Of a stretch of DNA of 64,000 nt, positions 46,451 to 57,375 are shown piece by piece. Source of the DNA: Candidatus Woesearchaeota archaeon. Lineage in GTDB: Archaea > Nanobdellota > Nanobdellia > SCGC-AAA011-G17 > PNOQ01. The notes beneath the pieces were generated by a model, which had not been told where the DNA came from, made no database searches, and saw only the letters and a list, made by a program, of their open reading frames with translations. The translations under genes were made by a program, and so were the position numbers. Numbering within the stretch: position 1 is the stretch's first letter; the number at the start of each line of letters is the position of its first letter. Location: contig CAYPAI010000003.1 of NCBI GenBank assembly GCA_964408705.1, forward strand, positions 5,382 through 69,381, given 5' to 3'.

Positions 46451-47578
46451 TTATTTTTTTAAAAATTTCATGAATGATTTTTTGTTTTCAATTGGTAAGG
46501 TTTTTGGTCTTCCCAAATCATTCCTACTGCCCTTTCTTATTTTTATTTCTAATAGTATTGGCCCATTTTTTTCCTTTAAAAATTTTAAATTATGTTTTAA
46601 TTCCTGTTTATTTTTTGCTTCTAGAGTATGTTTATAATTACAGGCTCTTGCAATTTTTTGGAGATCTATATATCTGCTAGATGTTGGTTGACCACCTACT
46701 GAATCATGTGATTCGTTGTTAAAAATTATGTGTTTAAAATTAGTTGGAGAAATTGATCCTATTGTTGCTAATGCCCCCATATGCATGATTAAAGATCCAT
46801 CACCATCTAAACAGAATATACTTTTGTCTTTTTTTTGTAAAGCTATGCCCAATGCAATTGAAGATGTGTGCCCCATTGATCCAACTGTATAAAAATCATT
46901 TTCATGTTTTTGATAGTTTTTTTCTCTAAACTCAAATAACTCTCTAGATAGTTTTCCCGTAGTAGAAACTATTACGTTTTCCTTATTTAAACCTTTAACA
47001 ACTTCAGTTAATGCTTCTTCTCTTGAAAGGTTATACTTCTTTGGCGATTCTTCAAGTAATTCATATTGTTCAAAAGTATTTTTTTTAATTACTAATGCAT
47101 AAGGAGAATTATTCTTTTCAGAATAATTTACTGCTTCGGTTATAATTTTAGAAATTTCCTTTGTTTCAGACGATATTATCTTGTAAGGTATTTCTAAATC
47201 TTCTAATAATCTTAAAGTAATTTTTCCTTGTTTTATATGTTGTGGCTCATCCTTTAATCCTGGTTCCCCCCTCCACCCTATCATTAATAATAATGGGATG
47301 CTATAAACTTCTTTGTCAGTTAATGAGCTTAAAGGATTTATTGCGTTTCCTTGTCCAGAATTTTGTAAGTATGCTAGTCCAATTTTTTTAGTAGATAAGT
47401 GATATCCTGCAGCTAATGCTATAGAATTTCCTTCATTTGCAGCAATTATATGGTTTTGTTTATCTACATTATCTTGAAGATATGCGCAAAATGATTTCAG
47501 TAAGGAATCTGGGACCCCTGTGAAAAATTCTATCCCATTTTTCTTTAAAATATTATAAAATTCTTTTATATTTATCAT
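46451..47578 (-). CDS. aepY: Phosphonopyruvate decarboxylase
   Basis: [68 protein letters not shown] at 47578 overlaps the aepX TGA. Confidence 0.93.
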   Translation of the reverse strand: MINIKEFYNILKKNGIEFFTGVPDSLLKSFCAYLQDNVDKQNHIIAANEGNSIALAAGYHLSTKKIGLAYLQNSGQGNAINPLSSLTDKEVYSIPLLLMIGWRGEPGLKDEPQHIKQGKITLRLLEDLEIPYKIISSETKEISKIITEAVNYSEKNNSPYALVIKKNTFEQYELLEESPKKYNLSREEALTEVVKGLNKENVIVSTTGKLSRELFEFREKNYQKHENDFYTVGSMGHTSSIALGIALQKKDKSIFCLDGDGSLIMHMGALATIGSISPTNFKHIIFNNESHDSVGGQPTSSRYIDLQKIARACNYKHTLEAKNKQELKHNLKFLKEKNGPILLEIKIRKGSRNDLGRPKTLPIENKKSFMKFLKK

Positions 47579-48873
47579 TTGTGTTCTGGAATTAAGTTTA
47601 TTATCTCCTTGATAGGCATACATATTTTATTGTTAGCTTCAAAAGATCTTCCTTCTTTTAAGATAGATTCTGCAGTTTTTATCATTGCAGGGTATGCACT
47701 TCTTAAAAGATGATTTGCATAAATTACTACACTAATTCCCTCTTTTTTTAATTCTTTTTCTGTGATATGGCAATATGTGGAAGGTACTACTACTAATGGT
47801 ACTTTATTCTCTATTTTGGAGAATTCCTTGCAAAACTCTAATATCTCTGTTGATTCTTTTTCTTTACTATGAATCATTATTCCATCGGCCCCTGCCGAAA
47901 TGTATGCTTTTGATCTTTTTATTGCGTCTTCTATTCCCTTTCCTAGAATTAGACTTTCTATCCTTGCAATTATCATAAAATCTTCCGATATCTGTGATTT
48001 TTTTCCTGCTTTTATTTTTTTACTGAACAATTCCATACTGTCTTGTTTTTGGTTAGCATCTTTTCCGAATAATGAATTTTTTTTGAATCCTATTTTGTCT
48101 TCTATTATTATTGCAGATACTCCAAGTCGTTCTAATGTCCTAATTGTAAATGGAAAATGTTCTGTTCTCCCTCCAGTATCTCCATCAACTATAATTGGTT
48201 TTGTAGTTGTTTCTATTACTTGATTTAAGGTATCCATTCTTTCAACTAGTTCTATGTCAGGTTTTCCTTTTGCAGTTGAATCAGTTAAACTACTTATCCA
48301 AATTCCATCAAATTCTTCTTTTTTATTATTTTTTATTATTTTTGTATTTTCTACTATGAGTCCACTTAAGCCATTATGTGCTTCTAAAAATCTAATAATC
48401 TCTTTTGCATTCAATAATCTTCTTAATTTTTTCATTCTAATCTCAGGAGTGGTTCCAATTTTTTTAATTAGTTGATGTAATTGGGTTGAAGAGATTCCTG
48501 GAGTATATGGTATTTCTATTAGTTCCCCACCCCATAAGGAAATAGTGTCTAAAACTCTTTTTCTTGTTTCTTTTTGTATTCCTTCTTTCCAATCATCTCC
48601 ATGTACAACATAATCTGGTTTTATTTTCATTAAATTTGGAACATAATCTAAGGTATCTTGAGGGACAACTTGGCTAATTCCCTTGATATTCTCAATTACT
48701 TTTTTTCTTTGTTCATAAGTCAGGGCAGGCAATCTTTTGTAGCTGGCTATCGCTTTGTCAGTTAGTAATCCCAATGTCACTTCCCCATATTTTTTTGCTT
48801 CGTTGATTATGTTTAGGTGTCCGTGATGTATTAAATCTGCACTCATCCCAATATACACTTTTTTAGCTTTCAT
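47575..48873 (-). CDS. aepX: Phosphoenolpyruvate mutase fused to N-terminal cytidylyltransferase
   Basis: N-terminal DLIHHGH...VHGDDW...GISST CTase; C-terminal EAHNGL, DGDTG and [12 protein letters not shown] (EDKx5NS PepM signature), ARIES. Confidence 0.95.
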   Translation of the reverse strand: MKAKKVYIGMSADLIHHGHLNIINEAKKYGEVTLGLLTDKAIASYKRLPALTYEQRKKVIENIKGISQVVPQDTLDYVPNLMKIKPDYVVHGDDWKEGIQKETRKRVLDTISLWGGELIEIPYTPGISSTQLHQLIKKIGTTPEIRMKKLRRLLNAKEIIRFLEAHNGLSGLIVENTKIIKNNKKEEFDGIWISSLTDSTAKGKPDIELVERMDTLNQVIETTTKPIIVDGDTGGRTEHFPFTIRTLERLGVSAIIIEDKIGFKKNSLFGKDANQKQDSMELFSKKIKAGKKSQISEDFMIIARIESLILGKGIEDAIKRSKAYISAGADGIMIHSKEKESTEILEFCKEFSKIENKVPLVVVPSTYCHITEKELKKEGISVVIYANHLLRSAYPAMIKTAESILKEGRSFEANNKICMPIKEIINLIPEHK

Positions 48874-48983
48874 TTTATAATTTTAGATTTTAAACTATTA
48901 ATAAAAGTTGTTTATCTATGTTCTATATTAAAAATTGATGATTATATCGAAAATTAAATAAACATATCTTGATTTATAAGGAT

Positions 48984-49631
48984 ATGAGTCAGATTATGAA
49001 TTTAAGAAAAAAGCCATATAGTGAGTCTTATTTAACTCAATTATTTAGATTTTTTTCTTATCCATTTACATATTTACTTTGTAAGATTAATGTTACACCT
49101 AATCAAATCTCATTTTTTAGTTTTATTTTAGTTTTATTTTCAGCATATCTTTTTTCTACAGGATTAAGTAATTATTTAGTAGTTGGTGGTCTAATTTATT
49201 TTTTTAGTGCAATTTTAGACCATTCAGATGGTGAAGTTGCAAGAGTAAAGGGTGTTGAGAGTAAATTTGGTATGTGGTTTGATGGAGTTTTAGATAGGGT
49301 TGGAGATGTTTTTGTTTTAATAGGTATCTCTATAGGTGTTTTTGTTAAATCTCCTAAAATAGAAATTTTAATATTAGTTTTATTTGCAGTTATTAGTACT
49401 ACCATCTGGAGATTTTTAACTCTTTATACTGATTCAATTTTAAATTTTGATAAAAATACTACTATAAAAGCTAAAAAGATTGGTTTTGATGCTCCTATGA
49501 TGTATTTTTTAGTAACTTTAGCAGCGTTATTTGATAAATTTGTTTATCTTTTGTTATTTTTTGCAATTTTAGTAAATTTGGCATGGGTAAGAAATTTAAT
49601 TATTTGGTCCATTAAATATAGAAAAACCTAA
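48984..49631 (+). CDS. CDP-alcohol phosphatidyltransferase family protein
   Basis: TPNQIS and DHSDGEVAR...GMWFDGVLD signature (DxxDGxxAR...GxxxDxxxD). Confidence 0.9.
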   Translation: MSQIMNLRKKPYSESYLTQLFRFFSYPFTYLLCKINVTPNQISFFSFILVLFSAYLFSTGLSNYLVVGGLIYFFSAILDHSDGEVARVKGVESKFGMWFDGVLDRVGDVFVLIGISIGVFVKSPKIEILILVLFAVISTTIWRFLTLYTDSILNFDKNTTIKAKKIGFDAPMMYFLVTLAALFDKFVYLLLFFAILVNLAWVRNLIIWSIKYRKT

Positions 49632-50735
49632 TTTTTTGTAAACATTATTGTATTTCTTTATGATGTTTTCCCATTTGTACTTTTTTGATTCCTTAATTAT
49701 TTTTGATTTATTCCATTCCTGGTGTAGTGAAGAAGATATTGCATTACTCAAGGCCTTGGAATCTTTTGTTGGAACTAACTTTCCATTATAGTTAGATATA
49801 ATATCTTCAGGCCCACCGCACTTAGTAGTTACAATAGGTAGGCCGCATGCTAGTGAATCAACGTAAACTATTCCAAATCCTTCATATAAACTAGGTAGTG
49901 TGAAAAGGTCTGATTGTTCATAATAATTTTTTAATCTATTGTCAGGGATAAATCCAGTAAATATTATATTTTCATTAATTTCTAATTTTCTTGATAATCT
50001 TTCTAATCTTTCTTTTTCAGGGCCCTTTCCACCTATTAAAAATTTTATATTTTTTGTTTTGGTTAATATTTCTGGTATAGCTCTTATCAAGTATTCCATT
50101 CCCTTTCTTGGATATAGTCTTTGTATGCTCAGAACTATTTTATCTTCTTCTTTTATGTTATGGGCCTTTCTAATATCGAAGGATGGGTCTGATTTTTCAT
50201 TAAACATATTTGTTCCATGAGGTATTTTTATTATTTCATTTTTGCATCCTTGTTTTTTTGCACTTTTAATCATATGGTCACACATCGTAGTTATATACTC
50301 AGAGTTATTCATAATATAACTTATATATGGGTTGAAGAGTTTTGGAATTGGTTTTATTGGATCATAAGTGTCCCATCCAGTTAGGCTAGTTATTAATGGG
50401 ATTTTCAATCTTTTTTTAATAGGTATAACTATCCCACCTAGTTGGTATGTGTGAAACATGTGAATAATATCTATATTATTTTTTTTAATAAATTTTGATA
50501 AGATTGTTCCTAGGCTGATCTGAGAAGATAGTGTGTTAAGTATTGGTAAGTTTATGAAAGGAAACCTATAAACTTCAATGTTATCTATTACTTCCCATTT
50601 TTTGGATCCCTTTAGTTTAGGGGTAAGTATATATATCTTATTAGTTTTTGCAAATCTTTTTGCAATTTCAAGTATTATTTGTTCTGTTCCACCCCTTGTT
50701 GGTAAAAAGGTAGGCGTAATCATTAATATTTTCAT
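49596..50735 (-). CDS. GT4 glycosyltransferase
   Basis: P..GGTE, RKG, PSLYEGFG. Confidence 0.9.
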   Translation of the reverse strand: MKILMITPTFLPTRGGTEQIILEIAKRFAKTNKIYILTPKLKGSKKWEVIDNIEVYRFPFINLPILNTLSSQISLGTILSKFIKKNNIDIIHMFHTYQLGGIVIPIKKRLKIPLITSLTGWDTYDPIKPIPKLFNPYISYIMNNSEYITTMCDHMIKSAKKQGCKNEIIKIPHGTNMFNEKSDPSFDIRKAHNIKEEDKIVLSIQRLYPRKGMEYLIRAIPEILTKTKNIKFLIGGKGPEKERLERLSRKLEINENIIFTGFIPDNRLKNYYEQSDLFTLPSLYEGFGIVYVDSLACGLPIVTTKCGGPEDIISNYNGKLVPTKDSKALSNAISSSLHQEWNKSKIIKESKKYKWENIIKKYNNVYKKLGFSIFNGPNN

Positions 50736-51262
50736 TTTTTTACTTCCAATAAAAAATGTACTTCTGATGAAGGAACGGTAAAACTAAATAATCTTTGATA
50801 AAAAATTGGCGCTAAATTTATTAAAATATCAAAAATTGATGATAGTTTGTTACTTTTCATAAATTTTCTTGAGGAGAGGAAAAATATTTTTCTTTTTTTA
50901 ATTTTAAATCTTGCCGAAGAATAATATCCTCCTTCAAAATATTCAAAAGTTTTGTATGTAAAAAATCTTTTATGAGTAGGATCATTAAAGGCACCTTGTC
51001 CGGAAAAATAAGGCACTATTATTTTTATTTTTGCACCATTTTTACATATTCTGTGTAATTCTTCCATAACTTTGACTAAGTCATTTAAATGTTCCAATGT
51101 GTGTTGAGTATATACTTCACTGATTTCATTATCTTCAAAAGGGTATGGGAATTTTTCAAGGTCTTGGATTATGTCTACACCTTTTAAGTTTGCTATATCT
51201 ATATTGATGTATCCTTCTTTTATATTGTTCCCACAGCCTAAATGTAATCTTTTTGACTTCAT
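50732..51262 (-). CDS. Class I SAM-dependent methyltransferase
   Basis: LHLGCG, HTLEHL, ELHRICK.G, DPTH. Confidence 0.85.
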   Translation of the reverse strand: MKSKRLHLGCGNNIKEGYINIDIANLKGVDIIQDLEKFPYPFEDNEISEVYTQHTLEHLNDLVKVMEELHRICKNGAKIKIIVPYFSGQGAFNDPTHKRFFTYKTFEYFEGGYYSSARFKIKKRKIFFLSSRKFMKSNKLSSIFDILINLAPIFYQRLFSFTVPSSEVHFLLEVKK

Positions 51263-52485
51263 TTCATATATTCCTTGATTATCTTTTTTATTACTATGTC
51301 TTTTTTGAATTTGTTGTTAAATATTTTTTTACTATTTTTACCCATCTCATTTCTTAATTGAGAATTATTTATAAGTATCATCATTTTATCTTCCAATTCT
51401 TTTTGAGATTTAATTAAAAAACCATTTATCGAATCTTTAACAAACTCTTCATTACCTCCACTATTAGTAGATATAATTGGTTTTCCAAAATAAGTTGCTT
51501 CAAATAAAACTCTAGGTAGTGGTTCTGGCCATAGCGATGATTGAATTATTATGTCTGATTGTTCATATATTGAAGGAATATATTTGTAGTCTATATTACC
51601 ATAAAAATTTATATTTTTATTTGATATTTTTTTTAAATAATTTTTTTGAGATCCTTCTCCAAATATAGAAAGATAAGTATTTTTTGGGTTGAGTTTGGTG
51701 AATGCTTTGATTAATAGCTCGGTCCCTTTAATTTTTTCTAAAGTTCCAATATAACTTATATTTATTTTATTTTTTTTGATTTTAAACTCAGATTTTTTTA
51801 CGGTTATATCAAACAAGTTTGGGATTTTAGGTATTTTATGTTTTGCTATATTATTCTTTAGTAATATCTTTATGGAGTAATCAGATAGTGCGATATACTT
51901 GTCAATATTCTTTAAACTTTTGTTATTTTTTTTGTATACTAAGTATAGTGCTATCCAAAATAAAGGATTATATCTAAGGTATTTTGGCATTTCATATTTG
52001 CCTATGAATTTGGAGTTAGATATGCAGTTAACACATTTTGTGAATTTTGCCCCGGAACATGATGTTTTTTCTTTGTAAAACAAGTTTCTTTTTGGGCAAA
52101 AATTTGTGTAACTGTTAAATGTTGCTATCTTTTTTGCTTTTGATTTGATTTTAAAACTAGGGATGGTTGTAGTATTTAGAAAATGGATAACATCATAATT
52201 TTCTTTTTTTATTATTTTTTTTATTTCAGTTTTTAAACTATGCTGTAGAAAGATTATTCTTTTAATATTTTCATATAAACTTGATGGATTTTTTCCAGTT
52301 TTCAATAATCTGAATATTCTAATTCCATTTTTATTTTCTATAGTTTTTTTATTAAATTTTTTTGAGGTTAGCACATCTACTTCTATTTTATTTTCTTTTA
52401 ATTCTTTAGCTAAGTTGAATGCACTTATTTCTCCGCCTCCAAAAATTAAAGGAGGAAAATATTCTGTAACGATTAAAACTTTCAT
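51259..52485 (-). CDS. GT4 glycosyltransferase
   Basis: FPP..GGGE, KG, SLWPEPLPRVLFEA. Confidence 0.88.
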   Translation of the reverse strand: MKVLIVTEYFPPLIFGGGEISAFNLAKELKENKIEVDVLTSKKFNKKTIENKNGIRIFRLLKTGKNPSSLYENIKRIIFLQHSLKTEIKKIIKKENYDVIHFLNTTTIPSFKIKSKAKKIATFNSYTNFCPKRNLFYKEKTSCSGAKFTKCVNCISNSKFIGKYEMPKYLRYNPLFWIALYLVYKKNNKSLKNIDKYIALSDYSIKILLKNNIAKHKIPKIPNLFDITVKKSEFKIKKNKINISYIGTLEKIKGTELLIKAFTKLNPKNTYLSIFGEGSQKNYLKKISNKNINFYGNIDYKYIPSIYEQSDIIIQSSLWPEPLPRVLFEATYFGKPIISTNSGGNEEFVKDSINGFLIKSQKELEDKMMILINNSQLRNEMGKNSKKIFNNKFKKDIVIKKIIKEYMK

Positions 52486-53615
52486 ATTGTCTCCAAATAT
52501 ATCTTTTCTATTTTCTTAGATATTTCTTTCCAGTCATATTCTTTTGAGATGGTTTTTGTTTCATTATATTTTTTTAAATATAAATCTTGATCATAGATTA
52601 GTTTTAATAATTTTTTACTTAAGTCTCTACTATTTTCTTTTTCAAAAAATAGTCCACCCCTACCTTGTTTAGTTGTTTCTTTTAATACTTCTATGTCTGC
52701 ACATACATAAGGGATATTTGCAGAACATGATTCTATTAGCACTATACCAAATCCTTCTAGAACACTTGGTAAACAGAAAATATCGCTTTTTTTGAGAATT
52801 TTTATTACTTCTTTATGGTCTTTCACATATCCTTTTAGAATTATATTTTCATTTAGTTTTAATTTGTTTATTGTTTCTTTTATTTCATTTTCTTCTGGAC
52901 CTTGCCCAATTATTATGCAACTTATGTTGGGAACTATTTTTTTTAGTTTGTTTATTGCAAGAATTAAGTCTTTTACTCTTTTTTGTTTAGTTAGCCTAGA
53001 TACACAACATACTGTGGGTTTATCATATTTTTTTTCAATTTTTGAATATTCTTTTATATTTATTCCGTTAGGGATTATGATTATATCTTCTCTTTTGGTT
53101 TTAGATTTTATTCTATCTTTTGTATATTTACTAACTGAAATTATTTTGTCCCATTTTTTAGATAATACTGCTCTCTCCCAGACCTCTCCGAACATACCAG
53201 AGATAAATCCTTTATTTTTTATCCATTCTCCTTTCCAAGTTTCATGATATGTTGCTATGTTTTTGCAGTTAGTTTTTTTTGATGCAAAGTAAGCAGGAAG
53301 ATAACTTATGAAATTATAACCATCTATTATATCGGATTTTATTGATTTTGCTTTTTTATATGCAGCTATCGCAAATATAAATCTAGAGATCAAGTTTCCT
53401 TTATTGCTGTAAGGATGATTAATTCCAACTTTGTGTATGTTTATATTTTTTAAGTTATAATTTCTTTTTTCATTTTTTTTCCAAGAAGTTATTACATTTA
53501 TTTTATGTTTTTTTGCTAGTTGTTTAGCGATATTAAAACAACGAGATTCTACTCCTCCAGTTATATCTCCTGCTCCAGAATACGGAAAATATTCAGAGAT
53601 TAAAGTAATATTCAT
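52482..53615 (-). CDS. GT4 glycosyltransferase
   Basis: GGVE, PNGI, RL...KRV, PSVLEGFGIVLIE. Confidence 0.9.
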   Translation of the reverse strand: MNITLISEYFPYSGAGDITGGVESRCFNIAKQLAKKHKINVITSWKKNEKRNYNLKNINIHKVGINHPYSNKGNLISRFIFAIAAYKKAKSIKSDIIDGYNFISYLPAYFASKKTNCKNIATYHETWKGEWIKNKGFISGMFGEVWERAVLSKKWDKIISVSKYTKDRIKSKTKREDIIIIPNGINIKEYSKIEKKYDKPTVCCVSRLTKQKRVKDLILAINKLKKIVPNISCIIIGQGPEENEIKETINKLKLNENIILKGYVKDHKEVIKILKKSDIFCLPSVLEGFGIVLIESCSANIPYVCADIEVLKETTKQGRGGLFFEKENSRDLSKKLLKLIYDQDLYLKKYNETKTISKEYDWKEISKKIEKIYLETI

Positions 53616-53938
53616 TTTGCTTTTTTTATTGCAATTGTCCTTATGATTTTGGTTATTCTTTTATTTGTGTCTACTAAATGTATATAAACTCTAAATATTA
53701 GGTAGCAGATTACGACTAATCCGGAGTATACTATTGCATCTGTACCTCTTTCTATCCCTAATGTTTTAGCAATAATGCTTAAATAATTAGGAAATATTAA
53801 TACTAAAATTATGAATACCCATAAAACTGTCCAAAATATTGCCTCTACTCCTTTTAGATTTTTATTTTTTATTTGTAAAAAAACTCTACTTATTGCAAAT
53901 AATGAGAAGATTATGAACACTATTTGAAATATTTCCAT
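53612..53938 (-). CDS. DUF2304 family small membrane protein
   Basis: 3 TM; FP...LGIERG.D; C-terminal ITKIIR.IA; follows a DPM-like GT2 as usual. Confidence 0.8.
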   Translation of the reverse strand: MEIFQIVFIIFSLFAISRVFLQIKNKNLKGVEAIFWTVLWVFIILVLIFPNYLSIIAKTLGIERGTDAIVYSGLVVICYLIFRVYIHLVDTNKRITKIIRTIAIKKAK

Positions 53939-53939
53939 T

Positions 53940-54614
53940 TTATTTTAATTTCTCCAATATCATTTTTAGTAATATACTTATTGAGTTTAGGTTACTTTGC
54001 CCATTTTTTAAACTTTCTGATGTATATTTTATTGTAACAGGCACTTCTTTATATTTTAATTTATTTTTTTTAACCTGATTGATTATTTCTGATGCATGTT
54101 CCATACCTTCTGGAAGTCTAAATTTTTTTGCAGCTGAGTTAGATATTGCTCTAAATCCGTTATGTGCATCTGTTAATTTCATACCATACATTGCCCATAT
54201 GATCAGAATTGCACCTTTTAGGATTATTTTTCTAGATAATGGTATGTTTTGTTTTTTCATAAATCTAGATCCTAAACAAATTTCTGCCTCATTATTTAAA
54301 ATTGGTTTTACTAATTTTGAAATTTCTTTCGCATCGTGTTGATTATCTCCATCGAATGTTATTATTATTTTTGCATTATTTATCAATGCATAATCTATTC
54401 CAGTTTGTAATGCTGCACCTTGGCCACAATTAAGTATGTGAGTTAAGACTTTAACTTTTTTTGATTTTACTATTTCTTCAGTTTTATCTTTAGACCCATC
54501 ATTTACTATTATTATATTAGTATAACCTTCCTTTTTTAGAGAGTCTATTGTTTTAGAAATATTTCTTTCTTCATTATATGCAGGAGTTATGATAAATATT
54601 TCTTTTTTGTTCAT
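53940..54614 (-). CDS. GT2 polyprenol-phosphate glycosyltransferase (DPM1-like)
   Basis: PAYNEE, DGSKD, N.GQGAALQTG, FDGDNQH, GSRF, TDAHNGFRA. Confidence 0.9.
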   Translation of the reverse strand: MNKKEIFIITPAYNEERNISKTIDSLKKEGYTNIIIVNDGSKDKTEEIVKSKKVKVLTHILNCGQGAALQTGIDYALINNAKIIITFDGDNQHDAKEISKLVKPILNNEAEICLGSRFMKKQNIPLSRKIILKGAILIIWAMYGMKLTDAHNGFRAISNSAAKKFRLPEGMEHASEIINQVKKNKLKYKEVPVTIKYTSESLKNGQSNLNSISILLKMILEKLK

Positions 54615-54722
54615 AAATTTAAGACACATATATTAATTTAAAAGAGTTATGCACTAAAAATCTTTTATTAATTTATTTCCGATTAATAAGTTATTTAAAT
54701 AGAAGGTTTTTACATTAAGATA

Positions 54723-55730
54723 GTGGAAAAAACAATATTTATAACTGGTATTGCTGGATTTCTTGGAAGTCATTTAGCTGATAGATTTTTACAGGAAGGA
54801 CATAGAGTTATTGGAACTGATAGTTTGATAGGTGGTTATACAGATAATGTTCCTAAAGGTGCAGAATTTTATACTTATGATTGTAATCATTATAATTCCA
54901 TGAAGAAAATAACTAAAGGAGTAGATGTAGTTTATCATTGTGCTGCTACAGCATATGAAGGGCTTAGTGTTTTTTCACCTTATTTTGTTAATAAAAATGT
55001 TTATCAGAATACTGCTTCTGTTTTAAGTGCTTCAGTTTCAAATGGGGTTAAAAGGTTTGTTTTTACTTCATCTATGGCTAGATACGGGAGTAATAAAGTT
55101 CCATTTACTGAAGATATGATACCAAAACCTCAAGACCCATATGGGATAGCAAAATATTCTTCCGAATTACTTATAAAAAATTTAGCAGAAACTCATGGAA
55201 TGGAACATGTTATTGCAGTACCTCACAATATAATTGGACCTAGGCAAAAATATGACGATCCTTATCGTAATGTTGCTTCAATATTTATTAATCGTATGTT
55301 AAAAGGTCAGCAGCCAATCATTTATGGAGACGGTGAACAAAAGAGATGTTTTTCATTTGTTCAAGACTGTATACAATGTTTAGAACGTGTTGCTTTTGAC
55401 AAAAAAGTAGATGGTGAAATAATAAATATTGGCCCAGATGAAGAGTTTGTAACTATAAATAAACTTGCTAAAACTATTGCAGATCTAACTAAATTTAATC
55501 TTAAACCTATATATTATCCAGATAGACCTCAGGAAGTTAAACTTGCTACATGTTCTGCAGATAAAGCAAGAAAGTTATTGAATTATGAAACTAAATATAC
55601 CCTTAACCAAGGTTTATCTGAAATGATAAATTCTATAAAAGAAAGAGGTACCAAACCATTTAGATACCACATTGATCTAGAAATTGTTAATAATAAAACC
55701 CCTAAGACTTGGAAGGATAAATTATTTTAA
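54723..55730 (+). CDS. NAD-dependent nucleotide-sugar epimerase/dehydratase
   Basis: TGIAGFLG, SSMARYG, PYGIAK (YxxxK), GDGEQKRCF. Confidence 0.88.
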   Translation: MEKTIFITGIAGFLGSHLADRFLQEGHRVIGTDSLIGGYTDNVPKGAEFYTYDCNHYNSMKKITKGVDVVYHCAATAYEGLSVFSPYFVNKNVYQNTASVLSASVSNGVKRFVFTSSMARYGSNKVPFTEDMIPKPQDPYGIAKYSSELLIKNLAETHGMEHVIAVPHNIIGPRQKYDDPYRNVASIFINRMLKGQQPIIYGDGEQKRCFSFVQDCIQCLERVAFDKKVDGEIINIGPDEEFVTINKLAKTIADLTKFNLKPIYYPDRPQEVKLATCSADKARKLLNYETKYTLNQGLSEMINSIKERGTKPFRYHIDLEIVNNKTPKTWKDKLF

Positions 55731-55731
55731 G

Positions 55732-57375
55732 ATGAATTTTAATTTAAAACTACTTTTCAAATCTAAGAAGAATTTAGTTTTATTATTATTATTATTATTA
55801 GTATTAGCATTTGCTTTTTATCTTAGAGTATATCATGTTGATTATCCTGTAATAGGATATCATAATTGGAAAGAAACTCATTATTTAACAGAGTCTAGGA
55901 ATTTTGCTTCTGATGGTTTTTTTCAAAATGGATTTTTAGTTCCTGCCTGGGATTATCCTTCAATCAATTCAGATCCTTCCGGTGCACACTCAGATAGTTT
56001 TCCATCTGGCCCAATTATTTTAGGTATTTTGTTTATGATTTTTGGACCTAGCTTAATTTTAGCTAGATTAGTTTCAATATTCCTTTCACTTGGTTCAATA
56101 TTTTTAGTTTATTTAATTGTAAAAAAACTTTTTAAGAGAACTGACCTTGCATTAATTTCTTCCTTAGTTTTAGCTATTGCACCATTACATATATTTTTTG
56201 GAAGACAAGTCCAATTAATTAGTTATGCCTTGTTTTTTGTATTGTTGGGTACTTATTATTATCTTGATTGGAGAAAAAATTTTAGTTGGAAAAATACAGT
56301 CCTATTTTCTTTTTTTATGGGGTTGGGTATTTTAACAAAATACAGTTATTTTCTTTTTGCTTTACCAATAATTTTTACAATTCCTTACAAAAGGTTTTTC
56401 AGAAAAATAAATTTTAAAAAAATTATGTTTATATTTTGTTTATGTTTGATTTTTCTTTCATGGATACCTTATTCTTATTCAATTTCAGAGAATACTAATT
56501 CTTCACATCAATTGACTAATGCAATAAATTTAGGTACAATTAAAGATTCTGGTTTTTGGGATGCAATGAAAGTTTATGGAGTAGATAATTATTCAAAAGT
56601 TGGATTAATATTTGTAGTATTAGGGTTGCTATTCTATCTTTTTTTGATTAATCTAGATAAAAATAGTTTTCAATATAAATTTATATTTTTTCATATTCTT
56701 TTTGTTTTTATTTGGTTTTTCTTAATGGCAAATAAACTTAAGGGACACAGTTATCATCAGTTTCCTTTATTGTTTATTTTTAGTTTTTTGGTTGCAGTCT
56801 TTATTTTATCAAGTTCAATATTTTTAAGTAGAATCATATATCTTAAAAAATTAAAATGGCTAATTGTTTCAGGATTTATTATTTTATTTTTTTTAAGTAG
56901 TCTTGCCCCAGTTAATAGGATGTTTGATACTCAATTTTTTGGTATAGAGTTGGGCGGAAAATATCTTAATGACTATGGCCTTGAAGGAGAAAGAGTTATG
57001 CATAGTTCACACCAAGCATTTGGATTGCTTTGGCATGCGGATATGATGGGGACTAGAGGAATACCTTCGACTGTTGAAGAGATGGAACGTTCAAGAATTG
57101 AACTGAATGCTACTTGGTTATTTATTTACGAGTGGGATAATCACATATTATATGGTAGTGATGAAAGGTCAGAATATATAAAAAATAATTATCAATTAAA
57201 CCAGTTTGGATTTAAAATTGAGGGTGATAAAATTGTTCCAATCTACTCTTTGTTGAAGTATGGTGGTCAGTTTTCTGAGGAAGAATTAACAACTAGGATT
57301 CAACAAGGGGATTTTTTAAGCAAAACTTATGAATTAAGTCAGAGAGATGTAACACTAAATTATCTCGATTTATGA
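55732..57375 (+). CDS. ArnT/PMT-like (GT-C) membrane glycosyltransferase
   Basis: Multi-TM; LR after TM1, ARL, LTK motifs; extracellular C-terminal domain. ATG at 55732. Confidence 0.75.
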   Translation: MNFNLKLLFKSKKNLVLLLLLLLVLAFAFYLRVYHVDYPVIGYHNWKETHYLTESRNFASDGFFQNGFLVPAWDYPSINSDPSGAHSDSFPSGPIILGILFMIFGPSLILARLVSIFLSLGSIFLVYLIVKKLFKRTDLALISSLVLAIAPLHIFFGRQVQLISYALFFVLLGTYYYLDWRKNFSWKNTVLFSFFMGLGILTKYSYFLFALPIIFTIPYKRFFRKINFKKIMFIFCLCLIFLSWIPYSYSISENTNSSHQLTNAINLGTIKDSGFWDAMKVYGVDNYSKVGLIFVVLGLLFYLFLINLDKNSFQYKFIFFHILFVFIWFFLMANKLKGHSYHQFPLLFIFSFLVAVFILSSSIFLSRIIYLKKLKWLIVSGFIILFFLSSLAPVNRMFDTQFFGIELGGKYLNDYGLEGERVMHSSHQAFGLLWHADMMGTRGIPSTVEEMERSRIELNATWLFIYEWDNHILYGSDERSEYIKNNYQLNQFGFKIEGDKIVPIYSLLKYGGQFSEEELTTRIQQGDFLSKTYELSQRDVTLNYLDL

